A stretch of DNA of 64,000 bases. Source: Hydrolagus colliei (Eukaryota). The position numbers and the translations under genes were made by a program. Position 1 is the first letter of the stretch. Every line of letters begins with the position of its first letter. The stretch spans positions 5,890,001 to 5,954,000 of the forward strand of contig CM068764.1 in assembly GCA_035084275.1 (NCBI GenBank), in the 5' to 3' direction. A model generated the notes under the pieces. That model did not search any database, had not been told where the DNA came from, and was given only the letters and a program-made list of their open reading frames with translations. This document shows positions 14,266 through 56,500 of the stretch, in pieces.

Positions 14266-16588
14266 ACCATTTTTAAAAATTCCTTCCTCGAACTCCTACA
14301 ACCATTTTTTGAGTTAAACAAATAATGCCATTAAAATGCATTGAATAGAAGTAACTCGCTTCATTTTCACAGTGGTGTATCATAGAAATCACAATTTCTA
14401 CTCTCATATCTTGTCCCATGTTTGTCTTTAAATCCTGCTTAAAATCCTACCTTGGTTACTGGATCTGCTGTCAGCCATCATCTATCTCCCCCCACCCCCT
14501 GCTCAACGTCCAATACCGTCCCAGTAAGTCCCGCTCCGAGATCTTATCCTACACGAAGGGCACTATTTAAATGCAAGCCGTTGTTGGTGTGCAAACTTTC
14601 CTTTGTGTCTCACTCTTTCACCCAATTTTATTTAAAAAAAGAAAGTAACTAATTTACATTTAGTAAAAGACAGTTATTTTCCCCCAGTTTTTCAATTGTA
14701 CTTCACATTCTAATAAGGAACTTACATAAAGATTATACTGTTAGGAATTGAGTGACAATCCATCTGATAAGATCTATGGATAGCATTTCTGGAATTTGCC
14801 TTTTAGACTATACATTGTATTCTATCTGATTTCCACAAACATTGTGCAACAGCTTCCTGTTTGTTGCACTATAAATTGTTAAATCCTAATTTCTACTGTA
14901 ATACAGCAGGATGATGTTGTCAGAGAAAATCCAATCACTTCTTATTTTACATCTATCCATTTACCTCTTGGCCATTTTGGCCATTTGGCCAAAATTGCCT
15001 TACATAACCCTGGAAGTGTGCCCTCGCGCTTTGCTGCCTTCCTGACAGCATGCAGCAATGAACAAATCTGTTTTTGTTAAAACCACAAGATGCACAGAGA
15101 ATTAAATAATGTTTTATTTCCTTTGTTTAAAATATATACCTGACTCCATTATCTGTACTTCAATCTTCTGGGGAGATTTATTAAGTTGCATCGCTGGTTA
15201 GATAACAACAACAACTTTGATTTATATAGCGCCCTCCATGCCGGACAGTGTCTCAGAACGTTTAAATGGGTACAATTAGATGGGTACAATTCTGATATAA
15301 ATGCCCATAGAAAACATCTTTGTGTAGACTGGTGATTGTTTTTTGTGGTCCTGAAGCCAAGTTTGAGGATCAAGTATATAGACGGGAATAACGAGGTGAC
15401 TATGGAGCTGTGGATCTTGACTTGCTGCAATCTCTTCGAAATGCGATTTGAAAACAGAACTTTGTGAGCTAAAAACTAAATAATGCATTGCAGTTAATAT
15501 TCGAATTGCGCAGATTTAAAAAAAAATTATTTTCTACTTCACCTAGATAGTGAAGCAGAATAAAAGTGACCCTTGAAAAAAAAAGTCTTGGAACCCTTGG
15601 AAAAAACAAAATAAAGTATTATTCTGTATTTAACTTATCGATATATGTAATTTAAAATCAAAGCATGTTAAAACTAATAATAACAGTGTAAATAGTTTTT
15701 ATTCTAGATTCAATGCTGATATGTACAAAAGGGCTGAACATGTCTGGAAATGTCTGGGCAGGTTGGATATTTGCTTGTTGCATTGATGGATTATTTCAGT
15801 GGTTCAATCCAGTTTCATTTTCAGGTAGACTATTGCATTGGATGATAACAAAAAACACAGCAACAATATAATTTAGCTTGTCGGGGCAGAGTATGGAATG
15901 AAAAATGAATGTAGTTCTCTACAAGATATATTTTTTAAAAACATAATTAGTGTTCTGATGGCACATCGAAATCAAATTTTGCTCGGTGAAGAACTGCAAT
16001 GCTAGCTGGGGTTTCTGGCATCACTGGCGCGTCTCCATTGTCCCTCCCTCAAATGGTCATTCCATATCCCTTAATTCTGTTTTACTATATCATCTATCTT
16101 AATCTGCAAAGTTGACGGCCTCATGGAGTGGATTATTCCAGAAATCATTTGCTCTCATGCCTGCTGTGCAGTGTATGCAGCTAAAATCGTTACTGAAATA
16201 TCAATTCATGGAAATGTACTCTTACAGGATAATCTGCAGATCCAGGATAGCCCCCATACATGTTGCACATATCCTGTCTTCTCTAAACTCAATTTTATAA
16301 GTCTTTCATTTACAACAAAAATTAAACTAATGTGCAAATCAAGAAATGGGAATTATGTTAGAACAGGTTAAGAGAACAATGCATTCATCTATACCTCTTT
16401 AACATCAGGACTCTTATTTATGATTTTTTAAAAAAGAATTGATACACAGCCCATAACATGTTACGGTTATTTTAAGATATGAGTGAGAACAAATTAATTA
16501 GGATGATCTTATGTAATAGGAACCAAATTAACTACTCATCTACATTTGTAAAACGGGGTACTGTGGGGGAGGAATAGCGAGAATAATA

Positions 16589-16822
16589 CAGTGGGCCTGC
16601 TGTATTACCACCTATTTATGTTTTTTGGAATATTTTTGTCATAACCAGAACACGATGGTGACCTCATTGAGGGAATTCATTGGAAGCGTTTACTGAGCAA
16701 TTTCAGTGTGATGAAGCAGAATTAATATCAGGGGACGCAGTCATTAACCCAAGGTGTTTTCAGTGATCTTGACACTTCTGCCCCAATTATTACCCAGGAC
16801 CTGTAATAATCCAGGCCCAGTT
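16589..16822. mobile_element. Possible old MITE
   Basis: TA|CAGTGGGCCTGCTGTATTAC ... GTAATAATCCAGGCCCAGTT|TA; 15/20 inverted match. Confidence 0.35.
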
Positions 16823-17649
16823 TATTGCATTGACAGAAGTGGTTTATTGGAGCTGCTGTGATTGTCGTTTATATTTCATGCTGTCAGTGGAGGAAGATCC
16901 ATACTAATCTGTTAAATTTTCTTTTCCACTGGTTTGGGCAAGGTGGAAATGCCTGTATGACAAAAATAATTATGTATTCTTTCCAAATGATAAAATCCAG
17001 TGTGAGTGTACCAGATGATAAAATGTGTACCTGGTAGAGAGTGATTGGAATGGAGTGATTAAGGTGTCACACCCATTGCCAGATTATTCTAATATGCTTT
17101 CAGATCGCTGCTAGCATGAAACCTACCCCTGAGGAGTTGATGCTGTTACTGATCTGGCATGTACATTTATGATGGGGTTATGTTGCACAAAGGAGGCCAG
17201 ATTGAGGCCAGTTTTTAGAGTTTATCTGACCTCTAATTGCCAGTAAACACTGGATGTTCAACTACAGTATTTGTTGATTTGGCTCTTATTCTACAGCCAC
17301 AACAACTAATAAGCCAGTTTGTCGCTCACATCCCATCACTCTTCACTGTTTCAAATTAATCGGCAGACATGGTGAAAATAGATAATCGTAACTTCTTAGT
17401 GAGTTGAAATGTTTGTAGGGGTGATAAATGAGTCACCGAAATACTCATTAAAATAGTCATCAAAGTCTTTCTTTGTCGTGACTTGAGAAGGCGGTAGAGT
17501 GTGCATGTAACCCGTTGTGTGTCTGACCTCATTTTGGTTGAAGTGGGCCAGATAAAATTTAAATGGGACAGGTGATTGCTTCCTACAAGAACAATTTAAG
17601 CAAACTTTTATCAGATACCTGATCCTCTCTGAAATACCATTTATTGTAC

Positions 17650-18350
17650 TAGGAATGTTCACAGAAAACTTGAACACGGGAAGTTGTGGTGATAAGGATC
17701 TGATGACTCACAAATCAGCCATTTTTAATTGCAGGAAGGTGGTCAGACAATAAAGCCAAGGCTTTCTACCATCATATAGTGTAATGTTGTCAATCCTGTG
17801 ATCTGACTGGCGATCACGCCTGGTATAAGGCTAGTTGAGATATTGACTCCAGCTATTGCATTGTATGGAGCCACTAGTGTTCTAGAGAAACCTGGAAGAA
17901 TTTCAAGAACAAAGTAATCTGATACTCAGGTGCTTCCAGCCCCCTGCCTCTGCACCCGCTAACCTGCAATGCTTGCATATGGTTTTTTGAAAGTAAAAGA
18001 TTAAACATTCCACGTTTGTCCCTTGGATTCAAAAAGGAAAATGGAAGTTTTCATGGTTCACCTGAAGTCTAAAGAAGATTCTTGAAGAAGTTAACATGAA
18101 TATCGGGAAGTACAAGCAGGTCATGTGCGGGGCCTCCTGCTGTGCAAATGGCAGAAACGGCATAGCGAGCATTCTTCTGTGAGCAAAGCTTGCACTTGCT
18201 GATGACATTGTGGAGTCATTTGCCAAACAATAAAGCCAAACAGAAGTGAAGTCACTGAGGAAGCCAAAGAATAATCCCCTCAGCTGTCTTCCTGCTTCTG
18301 CCATGTGACTTCATATCATACTGGCAGTTCACGCTTTTAGCCAGATCAAC
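17650..18350 (+). mobile_element. Possible highly decayed RTE-clade LINE 3' region
   Basis: Broken frames give YSVMLSIL, SDTQVL, LKKILEEVNMNI and KWQK in the order expected for an RTE C-terminus; RIICRSRI near 16225-16250 resembles the RTE terminal motif. Weak, judged by eye. Confidence 0.3.
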
Positions 18351-19421
18351 AGATGTATGGAGAACTGCCCGATGGGATAGCAGCAGTTGTTCTTGAATAA
18401 CAGTGTCCCTTTGTAGAAAGCCATGTTGCTAGAAGCTACAACAGCATGACATCATCAGTGCTTACCCTAGGAACATTCCTTCACTGTTCTTAGTTTTGTA
18501 GTTTAAAACCTCCCCTTCTCAACTGCTCAAGTCCAGACTGTGATTACATTGTCGATTGTTCAACAGGCGACCCCGATCTACTTACAATAGTTTTTTTTAA
18601 CTAAAAGAAACAGGCCCAGCTGTGTCCTCCCTATCGTAACTTTTGTGGTTTGAAATATTTAAAGTCCCACAGATTATGTTGTTGCATGTACCAACAACAA
18701 CAAACAGATTTGTGTAGCGCCTTTCACGTCGGGAGGATCTCCCAAAGTACTGGATAGACAGTTTTCTGGACCTGAGCTGGGTGGAGGGATTGGGGAGGGT
18801 GGAGGGCGGGTGGAGAAAGGAGGTTGAAACTGTTGGTAATGGTACAAACAAAAAGGCATTAATTCTCTGCATGATCAAATCAATTAAAATGGGATATAAA
18901 ATCATCCATCATATATTTGCATCTGTGCAAAAATATGATTTGATGTTAGATAATTGTTTTACAGAGTTCTAAATTTGGAAATGCTTTGCAGATTTCACTC
19001 ACAAATATACAGTCAATTCACTTTACATATTTTCTGCGAAGCGCTTTGAGACATCTAGAAGATGTAAAAGACGCTATATCAAATGCAAGAATTATTATTA
19101 CCATCTTAAAGTAATGGTGTTTTTTTTTTAAATGAGTTAGTGTTTTGAGTGTAATCCTTCATCAAAACTGCAATTTTTGTTTATCACAATTTGTTCTAGT
19201 TTTGTTTATTTGATTTTTGTCTCTTGAGAAATGGAGAAATATTTTGAGACCTCAGAAGAAAGATATTGAATAATGGGTGATACATGAATTTTCATTTTTT
19301 TAAAAAAAACATGGGTTTATGTCTGCAGTGATGTAGTTCGGAGAAGAGAATTTATGAATTTTCACAATTACTCATGTTGTTTCCTGCTGCAATAAAGAGA
19401 TTGTGGAGAATTGTTAATTCA

Positions 19422-19702
19422 TCCTTCGGGTGAGACGTGAAAACAAGGTCCTACTCTGCCTGTTCTGGTTAGTGTTAAAGACCAGCAATAGTTCTATTTG
19501 AGAAGAAGGGCGATCCTCCTTGTATCCTGGCTAACAATCTACCAGATAAAATTTATGGCTGTTTGTGGGATATTGCTGACCGCAAATTGAGTGCATTTTT
19601 TACCTACGAAATCATCATTGCGTGTTACAGTAAACTCTTATTAACCACGTTGAGCTGTTATGACAATGTGACAAGGGAGTATAACAAATCTAAGGATTAT
19701 TG
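19422..19702 (+). mobile_element. Degraded Deu-domain SINE (SacSINE1/AmnSINE1-like)
   Basis: ttcgggtgagacgtgaaaacaaggtcc...ctatttgagaagaagggc...tgtatcctggctaaca...gctgtttgtgggatattgctg..gcaaattg is collinear with the Deu domain as I recall it. Confidence 0.6.
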
Positions 19703-21877
19703 TAGCTTGTCATCTCATTCGATACAAGACAGAATCTTCTAAAGGGGGTGACTAACAACAACAAAATTGAATATTGCTTTTCACATCAGGGGGACATCCC
19801 AAGGCACTGAAAGACTTATGAACTTGAGATATATAAGTATCTCCAGTTATTTAATATTCTGTTATGTCATTTGAATATAAAAATATGGGAACAGATTATT
19901 TCTGTGCAGTATAACTGAAATTCATTAGTGCAAAAAGCCAAGTGAATATCTAAAGAATCAAACTAATATGAATGCATACATAGAACAAAGAGTAATACAA
20001 TCTCTGAATTCAATTTAAGTGAACAAAAGTGTTTTGTCACTTATTGTGCAATTGTGCAAACTCATTTAACCTTCTCTATAGCACTGAGGTGGATTACAAT
20101 GGAGAACATTTCCATTTCACTTCCTATAGGTATTGCACCAGCCAACAAGTACCAGAAGGAACATTTTTGTCAGCTGTCGTCCCCTCATATAGTGCCCCCT
20201 GAACAGTCGGAGGAGAACTCTGCTAACAGCTGAGCATTCGTGCTGTGACTTTGGATGCAACAGAATCTTTCTCCAGCAGTACCATGTCCTGTGGGCTCGA
20301 GTTGCGCTTCATCCGCTTTCATTATGTTGTTCACCATGTACTTCACTGCAGTTGCCAAGTAGGCCTGTGAATGTAGTTGGTTTAACTAGTTCAGATTTAA
20401 AAAAAAATGTAATGCCATTGCTAGAAACACGATTTAATCGTACCCTTTAACTTCTCTCATCTCCCGCTCTCGGAAAAACTGGAATTTGCTGCTCCTTAAG
20501 TTAACAGATGAAGAGCCTGTTTCTCTTCTACTTCCACCCTCTTCCCCCCCGCCCTGTAATAGCTGGCAGAAAGATACCCAGGTGCTATCACCAGATGTTA
20601 GGAGATTGGCATGATTGCACATAGATTTATTTTCCCTATCCTATGCCATTCATTTAGCTATTTCAAAACAACACAGCCAACCCAAACAAATAGGTATACG
20701 ATGCCTATTAACATCATTTTTATATTAACCTGAAATTACCCAAATTTGGTTTGGTTTGTAGATTTTATTGGAGATTAATTCCTAATATCAAGCACTGAAT
20801 TTAAATGCTGCAATGCGGGTGCACACCCTTGACTCCAGGGCTTTGGGATGTCCTCCAAACGTGAAAGACTAAATAAATGTAATTTGTTGTTGTTGCAATT
20901 TATCTACAATTAGTTATTGGGCCAACTGCTGTATATCCATTTGATCTCTGGGAGAACCTTGTCTCCCATGATCCAGGGAGACTTGGCACTTTGCCTGTCC
21001 TTTCTGTAACCAACTGCTTTGCTTCTGGAGCAGCAAAGGCTGCTCGGGAACTGCCAGTATTCGGTCAGTCTTGCTCGAACCTGTACTTCAAACTTCAAGC
21101 CCTTACTTTGATGTTAGGATAGTGGAGGATTCCAGAAAATAAGATTTTCTAAGTTTCCAGATGGATCCAATCAATGTTTGGAATACAATGGATTTATTTG
21201 GCCTGTCCCATATGATCCAAAGCTCCTGTGAATTTATTTTGTATCTGAGAGAGTTAATGAATGACATAGCTTGGTTTTGTTGATTCTCTGTACCTCACAT
21301 GTACATGGCATTAAGATAGGACAGTCCCAGCAAAAAACAATAATAATTTGGCCACTCAATCCATCACTGTTTGTGGGACACTGCTGTGTGCAATTTGCTG
21401 CCACTTTTCACCCACAAATGTACATATATACATTCAATTTGTTTTCTAGTATAGTCAATGAAACGCTTTGAGACACCTCGAAGATGTGAAAAAGCAAGGA
21501 TTTTTTTAAATCTTAACCAAAGCTTCTTCCAAGATGGTGCTAGAATTTTTCATAAACAAGAAATTATGAATTCTCTCTGTGTTCTCTGCGCAACCACAAC
21601 TTGTTTTCCAATAAATCATAAAAGAACATGGGTCCCAGTACTCACCATGTTGAGGGTGATTGTTCTTTATCAAAGACACAATTACATTTATATTACATCC
21701 GAGCAAGAGATGGTCAGATCATGGAGAAATATCCTAACAGAAGATGGGTCAAGATTTTACAGGGAAATAAACCCCATTGTGGTAGCTACAGAGTAGCTGA
21801 GTCAGTATCTTCTACTCTGCCCTACCATTATGCCTTTACCAAAAGCTGTTCTGTAAGTATATAACTTTTCTACATCG

Positions 21878-22322
21878 AACAATAACAAAATTACACTTGT
21901 AAAGCGCCTTTCACGTCAGGAGGATGCCCCAAGGCGCTGGACGGTCATTGTTTCAGACCTGAGCTGGGGTCGGGCAGTGGAGGGAAAGGGAGATTTTTGG
22001 GTGACTGATGGGACCATCGAAGAGGAGGGTGTTGAGGCAGGACTTGTTGGAGCCCAGGGAGGGGGCGAGGCAGAGGGGCTGCGGGATGGAGTTCCAGATA
22101 TTGTGGGGCAGTGTAGCTGAAGGCTCGCCCGACAATGGTGGGGCAGGTGAGTTGGGGGACATGTAGCAGGCCGGAGCCTGCTACATGAGCAGAGGGTGCG
22201 GGCAGGTTGGTAGGGGGTTAGGAGGTCGCAAAGGTAGGGTGGGGCGAAGCTGTGGAGGGCTTTGAATGTGAGGACCGGGATCTTGAATTGGATCCCCTAC
22301 GCAACGGGGAGCCAATGGAGCC
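21878..22322 (-). mobile_element. L2 LINE 3' fragment
   Basis: aacaaaattacacttgtaaagcgcctttcacgtcaggaggatgccccaaggcgct tail, followed by GC-rich sequence collinear with the 33845 and 60171 copies. Confidence 0.85.
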
Positions 22323-22324
22323 CA

Positions 22325-22525
22325 GCAACCCCTGTGGCCATTTTGACTGAGATTGTCCCCCTACCACATTTCCTGTAGATTCATGTTTAGTAGGAATTCA
22401 GACTATCCAAGCATGTTTCACCTTAAACCCTTTTGACCAGTAATGAGAAAAAGAGACTTTTATTCAATTTGTGTGGGCTGGATTTAAGCCCAGATTTCAG
22501 AGATAACAAGACAGTATGCTAACCC
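22325..22525 (-). mobile_element. LF-SINE-like 5' fragment, abutting an L2 insertion
   Basis: Minus strand gggttagcatactgtcttgttatctctgaaatctgggcttAAATCCAGCCCAc...ggtgaaacatgcttggatagtctgaattcctac. Confidence 0.45.
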
Positions 22526-24427
22526 AGACCCCTCACCTTTTTTGAAGAATAAACCAGCTTCAGGTAGATTGTGTCTAAATTGTGTATAAATGATTTGCAG
22601 TGGAGAAAAGCTCTCAGTTGAAGGTTTTGAGTATTCCGTTTGTTAGTTTTATTCTAGTTAAACTTATTGGAAGCAGTCTGCAGTACCCTGAGCTGCTGGT
22701 TCTGCGAAATGTGTTCCATTTACTGCTCAATTTAACAGTTAAGCACAGTCAAGCAACTGTTTAGAAGTAAAGAATTACAATTTCATGTTCTGCTCATAGA
22801 ACCTTTCTCATTCTCTGGGGAAGGTTTGCACATTCCAACCAGCTAGAAATTAAGAGCTCAGCTCATCTGCAGCCAGAAAAAGAATGAAGGGTGGTTTTTG
22901 AAGGAGACACCCTTTATTGTGCTGTTGTTTTGTTATTGTCTCTGGAGGCATAGAGGGAAAAAACACCACTCAAAATGGTACTGTACTCGGCATCTCCAGA
23001 GGCAGCATTGCCTTGTTTAGTTTGCAATGTGGTTGCCAAAGGTGCAGTTGGTGTCTATGACCTTCTAAATGCTTCATGATAAAAAGAGACGTGGATTTGT
23101 GAAGATTTATTTGACATTGTAAGGAAAGTGTATTACATTGAGAATAATAATGCTTGTATTTGATATAGAGCCGTATCATGCCGTTGAGCATGAATACTGC
23201 AAAGTGAATTGATTGTTTATTTTGTGACGAAACGCCAAAATACAATAAATAGAAGGTAAAATAACGTGAGAATAGAAATGAAACAGATGCAGACCCGTTA
23301 GCCTTTAAATGTTTAGCTTAAAGGTTTGAACAGCTCACATCCTGCACTCTGCATGATATTATGGGCAGGCCATTTACAACCTGGAGATAAAGGTCATTGA
23401 CAAGTTTGCTGATGCATAAGTATTTTACTTGTAATCCCAATTCGACACTAAATGATTGTAGTGATCGTATAGTTGAATGTGTTCGCAGATCTGTAAATAA
23501 TGGTGTAATTTGCTTTATTGTAATTACAGTAGTCACCAAAATACTCTGTTGACCTTCGGTGTTGAATTGTGAGCCCCTCCCCTCAAAAATTTCAAAACAC
23601 TCAGTATCTCCAGTGTATAGCAATGAAATTTAGTATAAGAATTTAATTTGGGTTTAGCACCTCATACATATTTGAATGGAGGTTATTGAAAATCAGATTC
23701 AGTTTATGTTAAACCCGAATTACTAGAAAACCTAATTAGATTTTAATTAACTCTCATGGAACATTTTTCATCCATTAATTTGAAACTAGCTTTAAAATAA
23801 CGGTTATGCAGTATTAGTGCAAAGCTATTTTTTCAGGAATGCATCCAGGCAAAGTACTTAAAATAGGGGTTCAATGCAAAATTGTGGTTGCATAATTAAA
23901 TGTAGGTTACATTTAAGTGTAGGTTATTGATTTCCTTCCATTTGCCTGCAATTCGGACTTCAAGTAAGTCATATTAAACAATTGTTATGGCAGCGACTGA
24001 TGTGAATTTTAGTGTGCTTTTTCAGTATCCATACTTATGGAGGTGCCTGTCAATGACGCAGTGTATGATTTTAGCTTTCATTAAAGTTTTTTTTCCTTTA
24101 ATACTTGCACTTGATATAGTGTATAATCACACCTTTGAGGCATCTCAAAGTGCTTCACAGAATGTACTGTAACGTGAATTGACTATTTGTGGGTGAAAGT
24201 TTTGAAATTGTTCTCAGAGAGAAAGGCACTTTTTCCTTTGCATTGTACAAATGTTTAAAAGTTTAAATCTACTTTCCTTTTTTAGCGCTCTTGTTTAATT
24301 GAGCTGTTTACACTTATTAATGAGATTCTACTTTCTTTGCAGTTGTCTATGTCCAGGAGGCCTCATTCATGCAGATGCAACAAGAGTTAGAACAGTGTGA
24401 ACCCAGATAGTCAGACGGCACAGCAGG

Positions 24428-53546
<29,119 letters not shown>

Positions 53547-56500
53547 TTCTAATAGGTTGAGGGAGGAGTTCCATCATTGCTGTTGTGCGTGCGTGCCTCC
53601 AGGCTCTGCAGAAACCCGGGCCCGCCCATTATGCATCATTTCGAAAGCAACTCCTTTATTTTTGGTACTGCTGTTGGGATGCAGAGAGCAAAATGCGTTG
53701 GCCTAGCCTTTCGGGAAAAACAGGTTTTTCTTCTATTCTTAACCCAGAATTTGTTTGTCACCACCTTGCAAGTTGTGATCAGCCCTTACAAGGGGGGTGG
53801 TGGGGCAGCAGCAGTGGAGGAAGGCCAGAAGAAAGTCTCTGGTGAATTTCGGTCTGTCTAGCTGGATAATAGCAGCCCACAGTAACGCAGTCCTTTTTTT
53901 ATTTTCGTCCGTATAGTACTGACATTGTTTCCAAATTCCGGCTCTCTTTTTTTCCGTGCACTGGAGATTCCCATTTGACAGTTACTCTTGGTTTCACTGG
54001 CCATCGTGCAGTTGTGTCCCCCTCTCTTCTCTCCCCCCCCCCTCCCGACCCCCAAGGGCTGTGCCAGTAATCTAGCCAGCTGCCAACCAATGTCTGTCTG
54101 CCCTGAGCACGTGCCTGCTGAGATAGGTATGAAAGAGATATTGAACGGAAGAATAGCAGGTTTAGCTTCCGCTCCTAAAGCAGATACACGAGTTCAGTAA
54201 ACCGAGGACGCCAGGCTGTGTCTGAAAGTGGGCGCTTGGTATTTTGTTCTGTACGTACAGCCACCAACTCGCATTTGTTTAGCGATGATCACAGGTCAAT
54301 TGCTTGCTCTGCTGGCCTTTACCCTCTCCTGCATTATCTGTGAATTATTTAGCCACTAACCCGTCTAGAGTATGGATAGTCAATAGGATGAATATTAATT
54401 TTAACTAATGCATAATTGTGATGCCATAAGTAAATCGCCAAATCATAGATAAAGCGAAGCTACCTTCAGCCAGCCGTTTTTCAGTTCCCATCCAATAACT
54501 TTATTTTACTCATTAGGTGAAGCATTCTCCTTTTTCATTCCATTTCCCCCCCCTCCCCTCCCCGCCCAAACACACACATACACACACACGCACACACATG
54601 ACATTATCTGGCATGTTACATGGCTCACAAATGGTGCTACGACACCATAGATAACCTGTTTAAATGCGTGGCATTCACACACTGCCATGGAAGGCAGTTT
54701 AAAACTCCACATGTAAGAACTAACAAAACATAACTACATATATTACTCTTGAAAACAATTTCAATACAGACACTATTTTTAAATTATACAGATAGTATAA
54801 TTTTATTTTTTAATAAGTAAAACTACAGAGCGTGCTTGTAATAGGCTGTTGTACAATGTATTCTGACACCTGACGCATCTCAGAAGGACTTTTACATTGT
54901 GCAGACTTGGTCATGGTTTATGAATTGTACAATACTCTATTTCCACTATGCTGTGAACCTTATCGTCCCTTAAGAAAGAACACTGCAGTAGTTAAAAGGC
55001 TTCCCTAAAATTCAGGTTACATCAGAAAGTTTTTTTTTAATTGAAGAATGTATGTATCTGTAAATATGTAGTAAATTGGAATTGCTGAGCTGCTGGCCTA
55101 GTTCCTGTCATTTTTTTATACTGAATTTAGATTGTGTCAACTAAAGAAGAACTTAGTGCCATTATTAGCACCAGTGAGCATGCCTCTATGACTTTTTAGC
55201 ATTCTATGTATCACTATTACTACGCTGTAGTATAATGTAACAAGTCTTAAATGTGTTCAGCAAACAAGAAAATACATCTGAAAGCTAAGCTTGGTTCGCT
55301 TTGTTCCATGCTGACTGACTGGGCAGTAGAGAATTCCGTGTACATACCTGCATTCCATATAATAGTACTTTTTATATATAAACATAAGCTGATGTGACAC
55401 AAAATTTTGCCAATAGCCAAACTAGGGTTACTTTATTGCTACATTGTGTAACTTGTTGAAGAATTTGAATTGCCAATTACCTGTACTTTGCCAAATCAGC
55501 TCTGTTCGTACATAGGGAGACAGGCACCTGGGGTTTACTATTCCTTGTATTACTACAACAACAACTACAACAAAATTACACTTATATAGTACTGTTACTT
55601 TGGTGGGGTTTGAAATATGAATTGGTCTGTTTCTGCTGTCTGTTTGTATTGTGGGATTTTAATACAGGTTAGCGCCCAATAAATCAACACCTAAGGCTAT
55701 TTTTCTAAATCGTTGCCGAATTTAAAAAAAAATGATTAGGGGATCACTGGAGAGCTGGAAAGCAGAACCTGTTTCAAATTTGCATCTGGTCGTCTATTGT
55801 GTACATGTATGTCTCACATGTATGGTATTTGGATGGATTGTGCTGTAAACTGATCGACTTAACAAATTGGGTTGTTTCACGAGTCAGATATTCAGCTGAA
55901 GCATCAGCAGTCTAGAAGAGCCAGGTAGTTACAGTATTTTGCCCCCAGCAAACCAGCAGGTCAAATGTGTTGACCTGCTTTGGTGGACGCATTGAGGGGT
56001 AAGTGATTTTTGTGAGGTTGTATGCATGGACGTCCCTCCACCAGGGGACAATAGTGTTGTAGTTGTAACATCTATTGCGGTTACCTCCATTGTCAAAGCA
56101 GCTGCTGCAAAAAAAAATTGTAGTGGGGAGGTGGTGGAGGAGGGAGACATATACTGAGATTTTAATTTGTATTGCAGCAGTACTCGGTAGGTCTGAGGCA
56201 CGATGCTTTATAAGCAGGTTTTTTTCACCTGTAACCCCTACCCACTTAGCAAATTAACTTCTAGATACCGTTGGGCTTTATCTCTCATTCGCTATAATTT
56301 ATTTATCATGTTGTCCATTTTTTCATCCACACACACAGCTCCACCCCCTCTTGCTAGCTTTTTTCAGACCTTTTATCCAATGCATTTTTGCATAGTTCCC
56401 TAAGTGGCAGGGTGACTGTCTTGTCAACTCTCACCCTTCCTGCGATTTAAATAGCCGATCTCCACTGGAGACCGATCGCATCCTGAGAGAGAAATCTATT

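Noticed and set aside
1-24285. TAOK1 promoter/first exon or a nested protein-coding gene
   Set aside because: No CpG island apart from TE-derived patches and no ORF with recognisable host-protein similarity; treated as intron 1
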